Shown here one piece after another: positions 1-9,191 of a stretch of 64,000 nt of DNA (position 1 is the first letter of the stretch; every line of letters starts with the position of its first letter). The notes below the pieces were generated by a model. It ran no database searches, had not been told where the DNA came from, and worked only from the letters and a program-made list of their open reading frames with translations. This DNA comes from Mycobacteriales bacterium (GTDB lineage: Bacteria; Actinomycetota; Actinomycetes; Mycobacteriales; SCTD01): positions 48,022 through 112,021 of the forward strand of contig DATLCV010000013.1 in assembly GCA_035526225.1 (NCBI GenBank). The letters run 5' to 3'. The position numbers and the translations under genes are program-made.

Positions 1-307
1 CGTCGGTGACAAGTCCTGGTCGATCGACATGCAGCGCTACAACTTCCAGTTCACCGGCCAGCGGTTCTACGAGATCAAGGCCGGCCGGCTCGTCGGCCAG
101 CTGCGCGACGTGGCGTACCAAGCGACGACGACAGAGTTCTGGGGCTCCATGGAAGCCGTCGGCGGACCGCAGACCTACCTGCTCGGCGGTGCCTTCAACT
201 GCGGCAAGGCGCAGCCGGGGCAGGTCGCGGCCGTGACCCACGGCTGCCCGGTGGCCCTGTTCACGAACGTGAACGTGCTCAACACGGTCCGGGAGGGGGG
301 ACGGTGA
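1..307 (+). CDS. TldD-family metalloprotease, C-terminal fragment (5-prime end outside window)
   Basis: The frame is open to the window edge. The tail ...KSWSIDMQRYNFQFTGQRFYEIKAGR...THGCP looks like a TldD C-terminus. The stop overlaps the next start (GTGA 304-307). Confidence 0.8.
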   Translation, partial: VGDKSWSIDMQRYNFQFTGQRFYEIKAGRLVGQLRDVAYQATTTEFWGSMEAVGGPQTYLLGGAFNCGKAQPGQVAAVTHGCPVALFTNVNVLNTVREGGR

Positions 308-1644
308 GCGACGTCGTCGAGCGGGTCCTGGCGCTGAGCAGGGCCGACGGCTGCGTGGCCGTCTACTCCGAGAGCAGCACCGTCGACCTGCGCTGGGCCA
401 GCAGCACGCTGACGACGAACGGCTCCCGCCGCGAGCGGCACCTGACCGTGGTCAGCGTGGTCGGGCACAGCGTCGGCGTCCGAAGCGCCAGCGTGCTCGA
501 CGACCTCGAGGGGCTCGTCCGCGGCAGCGAGCAGGCAGCCCGTGACGCGGGGCAGGACGAGGACTACGCCCCGCTGGTCGAGGGCACCGCCGACGCGGAC
601 TTCTCGACCCCGGCCGAGACGACCAGCACGGCCGTGTTCGAGCAGCTCGCGCGCGACCTGGGGGCCGCGTTCGCCGGCGACGTCAGGCAGTACGGCTACG
701 CGACGCACGAGCTCACGACCACCTGGATGGGGTCGAGCACCGGTCTGCGCCGCCGGCACGTCCAGCCCACCGGCTACGTGGAGATGACCGCCAAGAACGA
801 CGCCCGGGGTGGGTCCTCGTGGGTGGGCCAGCACACCCACGACTTCTCCGACCTGTCCGTTCCCGCGCTCGACGCCGAGCTCCGCCGCCGGCTGGCCTGG
901 ACGAAGCGCTTCGTCGAGCTCCCCCCAGGGCGGTACGAGACCCTGCTGCCCCCCACCGCCGTCGCCGACCTGCTCATCGACACCTACTGGTACTCCGGCG
1001 GTCGTGACGCGCACGAGGGTCGCACGGCGTACTCGCGGCCCAACGGCGGCACGCGCGTCGGAGAAGCCCTGGCGCCCAAGGGCTTCTCGTTGCGCAGCGA
1101 TCCGCACCACCCGGGGATGGGCATCCAGCCCTTCCTCGCCGCGGGCGGGAGCTCGGACATGATCAGCGTCTTCGACAACGGCGTCCCGCTGCCGGCGACG
1201 AGCTGGATCGAGGACGGGACGCTGACCGCGCTCCCCCACACGCGCGCCTCGGCCGCGACCTACGGTGACCCGTTCACGCCGTACGTCGACAACCTCGTCG
1301 CCGACGGCGGAGGCACGGCGACGCTCGACGAGATGGTCGCCGCCACCGAGCAGGGGCTGCTGCTCACCTGCCTGTGGTACATCCGGGTCGTGGATCCGGA
1401 GACCCTCCTGCTCACCGGCCTCACGCGCGACGGGGTGTACCTCGTCGAGGACGGCGAGGTCACCGGCGTGGTCAACAACTTCCGCTGGAACGAGAGCCCG
1501 CTCGACCTGCTGGGCCGCATGACGGAGTGCGGCGTCTCCGTGCCGACGCTGCCCCGCGAGTGGAGCGACTACTTCACCTGGGCGCAGATGCCGGCGCTGA
1601 GGATCCCGGACTTCAACATGAGCAGCGTCAGCCCCGCGTCCTGA
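304..1644 (+). CDS. TldD/PmbA-family (TldE-like) metallopeptidase-related protein
   Basis: 446 aa ORF coupled to the upstream TldD fragment. The C-terminal region ([15 protein letters not shown]...[15 protein letters not shown]) is typical of PmbA/TldD proteins. Confidence 0.85.
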   Translation: MSDVVERVLALSRADGCVAVYSESSTVDLRWASSTLTTNGSRRERHLTVVSVVGHSVGVRSASVLDDLEGLVRGSEQAARDAGQDEDYAPLVEGTADADFSTPAETTSTAVFEQLARDLGAAFAGDVRQYGYATHELTTTWMGSSTGLRRRHVQPTGYVEMTAKNDARGGSSWVGQHTHDFSDLSVPALDAELRRRLAWTKRFVELPPGRYETLLPPTAVADLLIDTYWYSGGRDAHEGRTAYSRPNGGTRVGEALAPKGFSLRSDPHHPGMGIQPFLAAGGSSDMISVFDNGVPLPATSWIEDGTLTALPHTRASAATYGDPFTPYVDNLVADGGGTATLDEMVAATEQGLLLTCLWYIRVVDPETLLLTGLTRDGVYLVEDGEVTGVVNNFRWNESPLDLLGRMTECGVSVPTLPREWSDYFTWAQMPALRIPDFNMSSVSPAS

Positions 1645-1656
1645 GCGAGCTCGACG

Positions 1657-2475
1657 TCACCTGAGGTCGTCGGGGTGGGTGTGCGGGACCTGTGGCGCAC
1701 CGACCGCGCCCTCGTGCCCGCGGAAGGGCACCCGGTACAAGCAGGCGTCGCAGCTCATGCGCACGTCCCCGGCCCGGGCCTCGTCGAACCTGCCCAGCAC
1801 CAGGGTCGCCAGCCCCTCGGACGCCCCGAGCGGCTCGGAGACGACGACGTCGAGGCCCGTGCCACGGGCCAGCTCGGCGACCTTCGTCGGCAGGTGGCCG
1901 GGACCGAGGAAGTAGCGCGCGACGGCCACCCGCCCCTGCCCGCGGAGCCGCTCGAGCGCCTCGGGCAACGAGGGGCGGGTCGTGGAGACGAAGGCGTAGT
2001 CGACACAGGGATGCGTGCGACCCTCCCAGAGCAGCCGCGCCGTGGCGGCCACGCCGGCGTTGGCATCCGGGTCGAGGGAGCCGTTGGCCACCAGCACCAC
2101 GGGCAGGTGCTCAGCCCCCGCCTCGACGAGCCGCCGCTCCAGCACGTCCACCACGACCGGGTGCGGGCCGAGGGGGCGTCCGTACCGGAACACCACGCCT
2201 GGGTGGTCGAACCGCGCTGCCTGCACCGACGCCGCCACGTCCGTCTTGCTGTGGGACGCGGCTCCCAGCAGCAGCGGCACCACGGTGATGTCCCGTTCCC
2301 CCTCCGCCACGAGCCGGGCGACCGCCGAGCGGATGGAGGGCGAGGCGTTGTCGACGTACGCCGCCTCGGCACGGAGCCCGGGCCGCAGCGCCGCGGTCAT
2401 GACGAGCAGCTCCTGCACGACGAGCTGCGCACCGTCGTCACGCGAGCCGTGGGCCACCCCCAGCAGGACGCTCAC
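1657..2475 (-). CDS. sirohydrochlorin chelatase (CbiX/SirB family)
   Basis: Two CbiX-like halves (LLGVAHGSRD..., VLVANGSLDP...). The start was moved to GTG 2475, which overlaps the upstream stop (GTGA 2472-2475). The longer 326 aa track ORF has an Arg/Gly-rich, non-coding-looking N-terminus. Confidence 0.85.
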   Translation of the reverse strand: MSVLLGVAHGSRDDGAQLVVQELLVMTAALRPGLRAEAAYVDNASPSIRSAVARLVAEGERDITVVPLLLGAASHSKTDVAASVQAARFDHPGVVFRYGRPLGPHPVVVDVLERRLVEAGAEHLPVVLVANGSLDPDANAGVAATARLLWEGRTHPCVDYAFVSTTRPSLPEALERLRGQGRVAVARYFLGPGHLPTKVAELARGTGLDVVVSEPLGASEGLATLVLGRFDEARAGDVRMSCDACLYRVPFRGHEGAVGAPQVPHTHPDDLR

Positions 2476-2882
2476 AGCTTCTCCAGGAAGGCGTCTCGCA
2501 GGGCAACGGAACGGCGGGGGTCGCGACCGGCGGTCACCGACACCACCACCTCGTCCTTCCGCCCCACTGCGGGGACCCATGCGTCCGACAGGGCCGCCTC
2601 GTCGGCGCGGACGCACCACGTGCGCCGCTCCGCGCACAGCGCCGCCACCTCACCGTCGATGACGCCCGTGCAGGACAGCACGAGCCAGACCCCGTCCAGG
2701 TCCGCGGGGACGAAGGGCCGGTGCTCGACCCGCAGCCCGAGGTCGTCCGGCACCTCCGGCGCGACGACGAGCACGTCAGCGCCGCAGGCCGCAGCGGCCT
2801 GCGCCCGCCGTACGCCGACCGGGCCGGCGCCGACGACGAGCACGCGCTTGCCCTCGAGCTGGAGGTGGAGCGGGAACAGCAC
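2472..2882 (-). CDS. short precorrin-2 dehydrogenase / siroheme synthase N-terminal (NAD-binding) domain protein
   Basis: The N-terminus LQLEGKRVLVVGAGPVGVRRA is the CysG-N/SirC Rossmann signature. At only 136 aa it is shorter than typical SirC. Confidence 0.7.
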   Translation of the reverse strand: MLFPLHLQLEGKRVLVVGAGPVGVRRAQAAAACGADVLVVAPEVPDDLGLRVEHRPFVPADLDGVWLVLSCTGVIDGEVAALCAERRTWCVRADEAALSDAWVPAVGRKDEVVVSVTAGRDPRRSVALRDAFLEKL

Positions 2883-2897
2883 CGGCTCAGGGTGCCA

Positions 2898-3770
2898 CTA
2901 CAGCGACGACGCGAGCAGCCCGCGGCGGCGCAGCACTGTCCGCTCGAGCGGCGCGAACAGGCACAGCTCGATCGCGATCCCGATCACGAGGATCGTGAAG
3001 ACACCCGCGATGACCCCGGCGATGTCGGCGTTCTGGCGTGACAGGTCGAGCAGCTGCCCGACGCCGAGGCCGAGCTCGGGCGTGCGAGCGACGAGCTCCG
3101 CAGCCATCAGCGAGCGCCAGGAGAAGGCCCAGCCCTGGCGCAGACCGCCCACGTAGCCGGGGAGGGCAGCAGGCAGCAGCACGTGGCGGGCGGAGGCGAG
3201 CCCGCGCGCCCCGAGCACCCGCCCCACCCGCATGAACAGCGGGGGGACCTGGTCGAGGCCGGAGATCATGCCGTTGGCGATGGAGGGCACGGCGCCCAGC
3301 AGCACGACGAAGTAGATCGTCGCGCTGTTGGTCCCGAACCACAGGATGGCGGCCGGCACCCAGGCGACCGACGGAAGCGACTGCAGGCCGGACAGGATCG
3401 GGCCCACGGCACGGCGCACGGGCTTGACCCGACCGACGACCAGCCCCAGCACGGTCCCGAGGAGGAGCGAGGCGATGAAGCCGAGGCCGCCGCGGGAGAC
3501 GCTGTTCCACACGGCCTCGCCCAGGTCACCGGACTGCCACTGGTCCTGCAGCGCGGTGAGCGTCTCCCCCGGCGAGGGCAGCCGGTAGGGCTCGACGACG
3601 CGGGCGTTGTAGACCAGCTGCCAGGCGACGACGAGCAGCGCCACGAAGACCAGTGGCGGCCAGGTGGCCGACCACAGCCGGTGACCCCGCGAGGGGCCGG
3701 TGACCACGGACGTCTCGAGGGCGTCGAGCCCCGCTTCGAGGGACGCGAGGTCGTCGTGCTGCACCGTCAC
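2898..3770 (-). CDS. ABC transporter permease (nitrate/sulfonate/taurine-type, SsuC-like)
   Basis: Multi-TM protein with the BPD-transporter EAA-like loop (LMAAELVARTPELGLG). GTG start 3770 overlaps the ATPase stop (GTGA). Only the last about 290 codons of the 503 aa track ORF are used. Confidence 0.9.
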   Translation of the reverse strand: MTVQHDDLASLEAGLDALETSVVTGPSRGHRLWSATWPPLVFVALLVVAWQLVYNARVVEPYRLPSPGETLTALQDQWQSGDLGEAVWNSVSRGGLGFIASLLLGTVLGLVVGRVKPVRRAVGPILSGLQSLPSVAWVPAAILWFGTNSATIYFVVLLGAVPSIANGMISGLDQVPPLFMRVGRVLGARGLASARHVLLPAALPGYVGGLRQGWAFSWRSLMAAELVARTPELGLGVGQLLDLSRQNADIAGVIAGVFTILVIGIAIELCLFAPLERTVLRRRGLLASSL

Positions 3771-4558
3771 GACTGCCCGCCGTGGCGGCGGATCTCGGTG
3801 CGGAGGTCCTCGGTGATCGCGACCGACAGGGACGCGACCTGGGGCGACTCGATGCGGCGCGGCTGGTCGATCTCGACGGCGTACTCCTTGACGACCCGGC
3901 CCGGTCGCGACGACAGCAGCACGACACGGTCGCCCAGGCGCACCGCCTCCCGCACGTTGTGCGTCACGAACAGGACGGTCAGCTTCTGCGACTCGCGGAT
4001 CCGCACGAGCTCCTCGTGCAGCACGTCCCGGGTGATGGCGTCGAGCGCCGCGAAGGGCTCGTCCATGAGCAGCACGTGGCTGTCCTGAGCGAGAGCGCGC
4101 GCCATCGCGACGCGCTGGCGCATCCCGCCGGACAGCTCGTGCACGCGCTTCTTGCCGGCGTCCTTGAGCCGCACCAGCGCGAGCAGCTCCGCCGCCCGTT
4201 CGCGGCGGGCGGCCTTGCTGACGCCCTTGAGGCGAAGGGCGAGCTGCACGTTCTCCTCGGCGGTCAGCCAGGGGAACAGCGCCGGTTCCTGGAACATCAG
4301 GGACGGCTTCCCACCGAGGACCTCGACCGAGCCCGACGTGGGCTGGTCGAGGTCCGCGATGAGAGAGAGCAGGGTGCTCTTCCCGCACCCGGAGGCACCG
4401 AGGATGCACAGGAACTCGCCCTCGGCGACATCGAGGGACACGTCCTCCAGGACGTTCGGCCCGGACCCGAAGCGCTTGGTCAGGCCGCGCACGGCGACGG
4501 CCGGCCCAGCCTCGACCACCTGCACGGGTCCCGCCTCTCGTCCTTGGAGGAGAGTCAT
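3767..4558 (-). CDS. ABC transporter ATP-binding protein (SsuB/TauB-like)
   Basis: Walker A GASGCGKST, ABC signature LSGGMRQR, Walker B VLLMDEPF. Confidence 0.95.
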   Translation of the reverse strand: MTLLQGREAGPVQVVEAGPAVAVRGLTKRFGSGPNVLEDVSLDVAEGEFLCILGASGCGKSTLLSLIADLDQPTSGSVEVLGGKPSLMFQEPALFPWLTAEENVQLALRLKGVSKAARRERAAELLALVRLKDAGKKRVHELSGGMRQRVAMARALAQDSHVLLMDEPFAALDAITRDVLHEELVRIRESQKLTVLFVTHNVREAVRLGDRVVLLSSRPGRVVKEYAVEIDQPRRIESPQVASLSVAITEDLRTEIRRHGGQS

Positions 4559-4562
4559 GATG

Positions 4563-5585
4563 TCAGCCCTTCCCGAGTCCCGCGTCGTCGAAGTCCTTGC
4601 CGGTCACCTCGTGGAGCAGTGAGAGCTGCAAGATCCCCGTGAGGTCGCCCTGCTTGACGAGCCCCGTCGCAAAGGCGTGCTCGGCGATGCTCTTGAGCGT
4701 GGCCGCCAACGGGTCCTCGGTGAGGGTGATCTGGGCGAACGCCCGATCGATCACCGCCGGCTTGAGCGCCTTGCCGGTCAACGACTTGAGCGCGTCGTTG
4801 ATGACGGTCTTGGCCTTGGCCGGGTCGGCAGCGATCTCCGTGTTGGCAGCGACCTGTGCCTTGATCAGCGCCTTGACTGCGTCGGGGTGCTGGTCGAGGA
4901 ACTTCTTGCGCACGAGCAGGTTGGTCGTCACGAACCTGCCCCCAGGCCACAGCGTCTTCTCGTCGACGAGGACCGTGCCGCCGCCGTCGAGCACCAGCCG
5001 CGAGGCCCACGGCTCCGGGACCCAGCCGCCGTCGATCGTGCCGGCTTTGAACAGGTCGAGCGTCTGGGCGTTCTCCTGAGACAGGATCGTCACGTCTCCT
5101 GCGCCTTGCTTGTCGACCTCCAGGCCCTTGTCAGCCAGGTAGGTCCGCAGGGCGATGTCCTGGGTGCCACCGGTCTGGGGGTCGGCGATCTTCTTGCCCT
5201 TCAGGTCGGTGATCCCCGGCTTGACGACGAGCGCCGCGCCACCGCTGGTGGCGCCGGCGACGATGACGACGTCGCCCTTGCTCTTGATGAAGGCGTTCAC
5301 GGCCGGACCCGGACCGATGTACGTCGCGTCGATGGCCCCCGCGAACAGAGCCTCGACGGCCGCAGGGCCGGCGTTGAAGGTCTGCGTCTTCAACGTGGTG
5401 CTGCCGAGCTCGCGGGCGTACGTGCCGCTGGCCACGCCGTAGACCGCGCTGGCGTGGGTGATGTTGGGGAAGTAGCCGAGCCGCAGCGTCGTCGGCGTTC
5501 CGGCGTCGTCGTCGGCGGAAGCACCACCGCACGCCGCAGCCAGGGCGGCGACGGTGAGCACGGCGGCTGTCTTGAGGATGCGCAC
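4563..5585 (-). CDS. ABC substrate-binding lipoprotein (NMT1/SsuA-like, sulfonate/sulfur-compound binding)
   Basis: Signal peptide with lipobox (VAALAAACGG) after GTG 5585, with a purine-rich GGAAAGG just upstream. The body resembles SsuA/NMT1. It is the first gene of the SBP-ATPase-permease operon. Confidence 0.85.
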   Translation of the reverse strand: MRILKTAAVLTVAALAAACGGASADDDAGTPTTLRLGYFPNITHASAVYGVASGTYARELGSTTLKTQTFNAGPAAVEALFAGAIDATYIGPGPAVNAFIKSKGDVVIVAGATSGGAALVVKPGITDLKGKKIADPQTGGTQDIALRTYLADKGLEVDKQGAGDVTILSQENAQTLDLFKAGTIDGGWVPEPWASRLVLDGGGTVLVDEKTLWPGGRFVTTNLLVRKKFLDQHPDAVKALIKAQVAANTEIAADPAKAKTVINDALKSLTGKALKPAVIDRAFAQITLTEDPLAATLKSIAEHAFATGLVKQGDLTGILQLSLLHEVTGKDFDDAGLGKG

Positions 5586-5996
5586 GAGGAGCCTTTCCGG
5601 ATGAGGTGAGCTGTCTACGGGGTACGGCGAGCAAGCGCGCGCAGGGACTCCTGCACCGGGTGGCGGTTGCTCAGGGCAGACAGATCGCGCTCGCGACGCG
5701 CTGCAGGTCGACATGCAGCCGTGCGACGAGGATCCGGGCGGTCATGGCCAGCATCCTGGCACAGGTTGTCCCTCAATTCCTACTGGATTGGTGGGAGACG
5801 CAGGTCACACCGGCATCCGGCAGGCGCGGCGGTCCTTGCCTGTGCCACCCTGGAGGCGTGGGTGACCTCCTCGTGCAGCGGCTGCGCAGCCCCTTGTGGT
5901 GGCGGCGTCACGTGGACCTGATGCGTACGGGCAGCGCGGCCTGTCGCACGGCATAGACGCCGTCCCCGCCGTACAGCTACCCCTTTGGAGTCGACA

Positions 5997-7631
5997 GTGC
6001 CCGCCCAACGCGGTCAGGGTCAGTGGGCGCTCGGATACCGCGAGCCCCTCAACCCCAACGAGCAGGTCAAGAAGGACAACGCGCCGCTCAACGTCAAGCA
6101 GCGCGTGCTGGAGATCTACTCCGTGCGCGGCTTCGACAGCATCGACGGCGCGGACCTGCGGGGCCGCCTGCGGTGGTACGGCCTGTACACGCAGCGCGCC
6201 GAGGGCATCCCGGGCGGCAAGACCGCCGTCCTGGAGCCCGAGGAGCTCGAGGCGCCGTACTTCATGATGAGGATCCGCATCGACGGCGGGCAGCTGTCGT
6301 CCCAGGCGCTGCGCGTCATCGGCGAGATCGCCACCGAGTTCGGCCGCGACGTCGCGGACATCACCGACCGGCAGAACGTCCAGCTGCACTGGATCCGCAT
6401 CGAGGACGTGCCAGAGATCTGGCGCCGCCTCGAGGAGGTCGGCCTGCACACCACGGAGGCCTGCGGTGACTCCCCCCGCGTCATCGTCGGCTGCCCCCTG
6501 GCGGGCGTCGACGCGGACGAGGTCATCAACGGCAACCCCGCGGTCCACGACGTCGCCGCCCGTTACCTGGGTGACCCGGCGTACGCGAACCTGCCCCGCA
6601 AGTTCAAGACGTCCATCAGCGGCTGCTCGGTGCACTGCACCAACCACGAGATCAACGACGTGTCGTTCGTGGGGGTCGTGCACCCCGAGCTGGGCCCGGG
6701 GTACGACCTGTGGGTCGGCGGAGGCCTGTCGACCAACCCGAAGCTGGGCATGCGGCTCGGCGCGTTCGTCGAACCGGACCGCGTCGCCGAGGCGTGGGAG
6801 GGCGTGGTCTCGGTCTTCCGCGACTACGGCTACCGCCGCTCGCGCATGCACGCGCGGCTGAAGTTCCTGCTCGCCGACTGGGGGCCCGAGCGCTTCCGCG
6901 AGGTCCTCGAGAAGGAGTACCTCAGCGCCCCCCTGCCAGACGGTCCGTCACCGACGACGCCGCCGACCGAGAGCCGCGACCACGTGGGCGTCCACCAGCA
7001 GAAGGACGGCCGCTCGTACGTCGGGACCGTGGCCCGTTCCGGGCGCACGAGCGGGACCCAGCTGCAGCGGGTCGCCGCCCTCGCCGAGCAGCACGGCGGC
7101 GGGCGGGTCGCGACGACCGCGCAGCAGGGTCTGGTCGTGCTGGACGTCGACGACGTCCAGGTCGACGCCCTCGTCGACGCCCTCGAGGCCGAGGACCTGC
7201 GGGTGCGGCCGTCGGTGTTCCGGCGCGGCACGCTCGCCTGCACGGGCCTGGAGTTCTGCAAGCTGGCGATCGTCGAGACGAAGGCCCGCGCGGTCGACCT
7301 CTACACCGAGCTCGAGCGGCGGCTGCCGGACTTCGACGAGCCGATCACCCTGCACGTCAACGGCTGCCCGAACTCCTGCGCCCGGTTCCAGACCGCCGAC
7401 ATCGGCCTCAAGGGGTCCATCGTCGACGGCGAGGAGGGCTTCCAGGTGCACCTCGGCGGACGGCTCGGCCAGGACGCCGGCTTCGGCCGCAAGGAGCGCG
7501 GGCTCAAGGTCACCGCCGAGAGCTCCGCCGACTACGTCGAGCGGGTGCTGCGCAACTACCTGGCCGACAGGGCCGAGGGCGAGCGCTTCGCGGTGTGGGC
7601 CCGGCGTGCGGACGCCGGGCTGCTGTCCTGA
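5997..7631 (+). CDS. sirA: ferredoxin-dependent sulfite reductase (nitrite/sulfite reductase hemoprotein)
   Basis: Collinear, from memory, with M. tuberculosis SirA (GQWALGYREPLN..., YFMMRIRIDGG, TEACGDSPRV, CTGLEFCKLA, NGCPNSCAR siroheme/4Fe-4S cysteines). GTG 5997 sits 6 nt after GGAG. The track start at 5985 is a TTG. Confidence 0.95.
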   Translation: MPAQRGQGQWALGYREPLNPNEQVKKDNAPLNVKQRVLEIYSVRGFDSIDGADLRGRLRWYGLYTQRAEGIPGGKTAVLEPEELEAPYFMMRIRIDGGQLSSQALRVIGEIATEFGRDVADITDRQNVQLHWIRIEDVPEIWRRLEEVGLHTTEACGDSPRVIVGCPLAGVDADEVINGNPAVHDVAARYLGDPAYANLPRKFKTSISGCSVHCTNHEINDVSFVGVVHPELGPGYDLWVGGGLSTNPKLGMRLGAFVEPDRVAEAWEGVVSVFRDYGYRRSRMHARLKFLLADWGPERFREVLEKEYLSAPLPDGPSPTTPPTESRDHVGVHQQKDGRSYVGTVARSGRTSGTQLQRVAALAEQHGGGRVATTAQQGLVVLDVDDVQVDALVDALEAEDLRVRPSVFRRGTLACTGLEFCKLAIVETKARAVDLYTELERRLPDFDEPITLHVNGCPNSCARFQTADIGLKGSIVDGEEGFQVHLGGRLGQDAGFGRKERGLKVTAESSADYVERVLRNYLADRAEGERFAVWARRADAGLLS

Positions 7632-7665
7632 GGCGGGCCCCGTGGCCGAGCGCGCGGAGCGAGCC

Positions 7666-7818
7666 ATGACAGAGCGTGCGGCGCCTCAGTACTGCCCGTA
7701 CTGCGGGGAGGACACGCTGCGCCCCTGGGGCGAGCTCACCGAGCACGCCCGTTGGCACTGCGAGTCGTGCCTGCGCGTCTTCGAGATCCGCTTCCAGGGC
7801 ACCACCGGCCGCGACTGA
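7666..7818 (+). CDS. small CxxC...CxxC zinc-ribbon protein downstream of sirA (CysX-like position)
   Basis: 50 aa: MTERAAPQYCPYCGEDTLRPWGELTEHARWHCESCLRVFEIRF. ATG 7666 is preceded by GGAGCGAG. A small Cys-rich ORF after sulfite reductase is a recurring actinobacterial arrangement (from memory). Confidence 0.6.
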   Translation: MTERAAPQYCPYCGEDTLRPWGELTEHARWHCESCLRVFEIRFQGTTGRD

Positions 7819-7923
7819 GTGCTCCTGCCTTCCTCGCTTGTCTTCGCAACACACCGGCGCGGGCGGGACAGCCCGCACCCGCAGACGGTGAGGCGGGTAG
7901 ACAAGCGGGAGGGAGGGTGCGGG

Positions 7924-8442
7924 ATGAACAGGTACGACGAGATCAGCACCGAGCGCCTCGTGCTGCGCACGTGGCGGCCGTCCGACCGGGAGCCGTTCGC
8001 GGCGCTGAACGCCGACCCCGTCGTCATGGAGCACTTCCCCGCGGTGCTGACGCGGCAGGACAGCGACGCCTTCGTCGACCGCATCGAGTCCCACTTCGCC
8101 CAGCACGGATACGGCCTGTGGGCACTGGAGCACGACGGCGAGTTCCTCGGCTTCACCGGTCTTTCGTGGGCGGAGGGCCTGCCCATGAGCCCCTGTCTCG
8201 AGGTGGGCTGGCGGCTGGCACAGCACGCCTGGGGGCACGGCTACGCGACGGAGGCAGCGCGTGCCGCGCTCGAGGTCGGCCTGGAGCAGGCCGACAGCGT
8301 CGTGAGCTTCACCGCCGTGCGCAACGAGCGCTCCTGGCGGGTCATGGAGCGCCTTGGCATGCACCGCGAGTCCGTCTTCGAGCACCCGCGCGTGCCGGCG
8401 GGCAGCCCCCTGCGCCCGCACTACCTGTACCGGACGACGTGA
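7924..8442 (+). CDS. GNAT family N-acetyltransferase (RimJ/RimL-like)
   Basis: The N-terminus TERLVLRTWRPSDREPFAALNADPVVMEHF is typical of Acetyltransf_3 proteins. ATG 7924 is preceded by GGGAGGGAGGG. Confidence 0.85.
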   Translation: MNRYDEISTERLVLRTWRPSDREPFAALNADPVVMEHFPAVLTRQDSDAFVDRIESHFAQHGYGLWALEHDGEFLGFTGLSWAEGLPMSPCLEVGWRLAQHAWGHGYATEAARAALEVGLEQADSVVSFTAVRNERSWRVMERLGMHRESVFEHPRVPAGSPLRPHYLYRTT

Positions 8443-8449
8443 GACCTGG

Positions 8450-9136
8450 TCAGACGTGCAGGCCGCACTCGGTCTTGGCGGAGTCGGCCCATCGCCCGGC
8501 CCGGGCGTCTTCCCCCGGCGCCACGCGCCGCGTGCAGGGGGCGCACCCGATCGAGGGGTAGCCGTCCTGGTGCAGGGGGTTCACCAGGACGCCGTTGGCC
8601 GCGACGTAGGCCTCGACGTCGGCCTGCGTCCAGCGGGCGATCGGGTTGACCTTCACCTTGCCCCGCTTGGCGTCCCACTCGACCACCGGCGTGGCCGCAC
8701 GGGTCGCCGCCTCGTCGCGACGGATGCCAGTGGCGTAGGCGTCGACCTCGGCGAGGGCGCGCGACAGCGGCTCCACCTTGCGCATGGCGCAGCAGGCGTC
8801 GGGGTCGCGGCGCCACAGCTCAGGGCCGTGCGCGGCGTCCTGCTGCGGCACCGAGAGCAGGGGCAGGACGGTCCGGACCCTCACGTCGTACACCTGCGCG
8901 ACCGCGTCGCGGGTGCCGAGGGTCTCGGGGAAGTGGTAGCCGGTGTCGAGGAAGACGACCTCGACACCGGGCACCACCGAGGCCGCCAACGAGGCCAGCA
9001 CGCCGTCGCCCATCGAGGAGGAGACGCAGAAGCGGGAGCCGAAGGTGTCAGCCGCCCAGCGCAGCACCTCCTGGGGCGTCGCCTGCTCCAGGCGCTCCCC
9101 GGCCTCGCGCGCAAGCGTCTGCAGGTCCACGACCAC
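8450..9136 (-). CDS. cysH: phosphoadenosine-phosphosulfate/APS reductase, Fe-S (APS-reductase) type
   Basis: PAPS_reduct fold (VVFLDTGYHFPET). Cluster cysteines CCAMRKVEP and GCAPCT. C-terminal catalytic ECGLH. Confidence 0.95.
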   Translation of the reverse strand: MVVDLQTLAREAGERLEQATPQEVLRWAADTFGSRFCVSSSMGDGVLASLAASVVPGVEVVFLDTGYHFPETLGTRDAVAQVYDVRVRTVLPLLSVPQQDAAHGPELWRRDPDACCAMRKVEPLSRALAEVDAYATGIRRDEAATRAATPVVEWDAKRGKVKVNPIARWTQADVEAYVAANGVLVNPLHQDGYPSIGCAPCTRRVAPGEDARAGRWADSAKTECGLHV

Positions 9137-9191
9137 ATGAAACCAATCGGCACCCGTCCGGATTCCCGCAGGGGCGTGCCAGGCTCTTCCT

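Noticed and set aside
2898-4409. 503 aa track ORF suggesting a much larger permease.
   Set aside because: The upstream ~210 codons overlap the ABC ATPase gene in another frame and are Arg/Pro/Gly-rich. The permease proper starts at GTG 3770, overlapping the ATPase stop.
5701-5712. CTGCAGGTCGAC, identical to the PstI-SalI stretch of pUC-type polylinkers. Considered as possible vector contamination.
   Set aside because: The flanking bases do not continue the polylinker. A 12-mer of this GC-rich composition is plausible by chance, and the surrounding genes are contiguous and intact.
5802-5868. Cloverleaf-like 67-nt element: a 7-bp outer stem AGGTCAC/GTGACCT enclosing three hairpins. Considered as a tRNA-like or riboswitch RNA.
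   Set aside because: It has no tRNA invariants (no D-loop GG, no T-loop GTTCRA, no sensible anticodon loop). A rough estimate suggests 7-bp stems at this spacing occur by chance several times in 400 nt of such GC-rich sequence. It is kept only as a note inside the intergenic-region finding.
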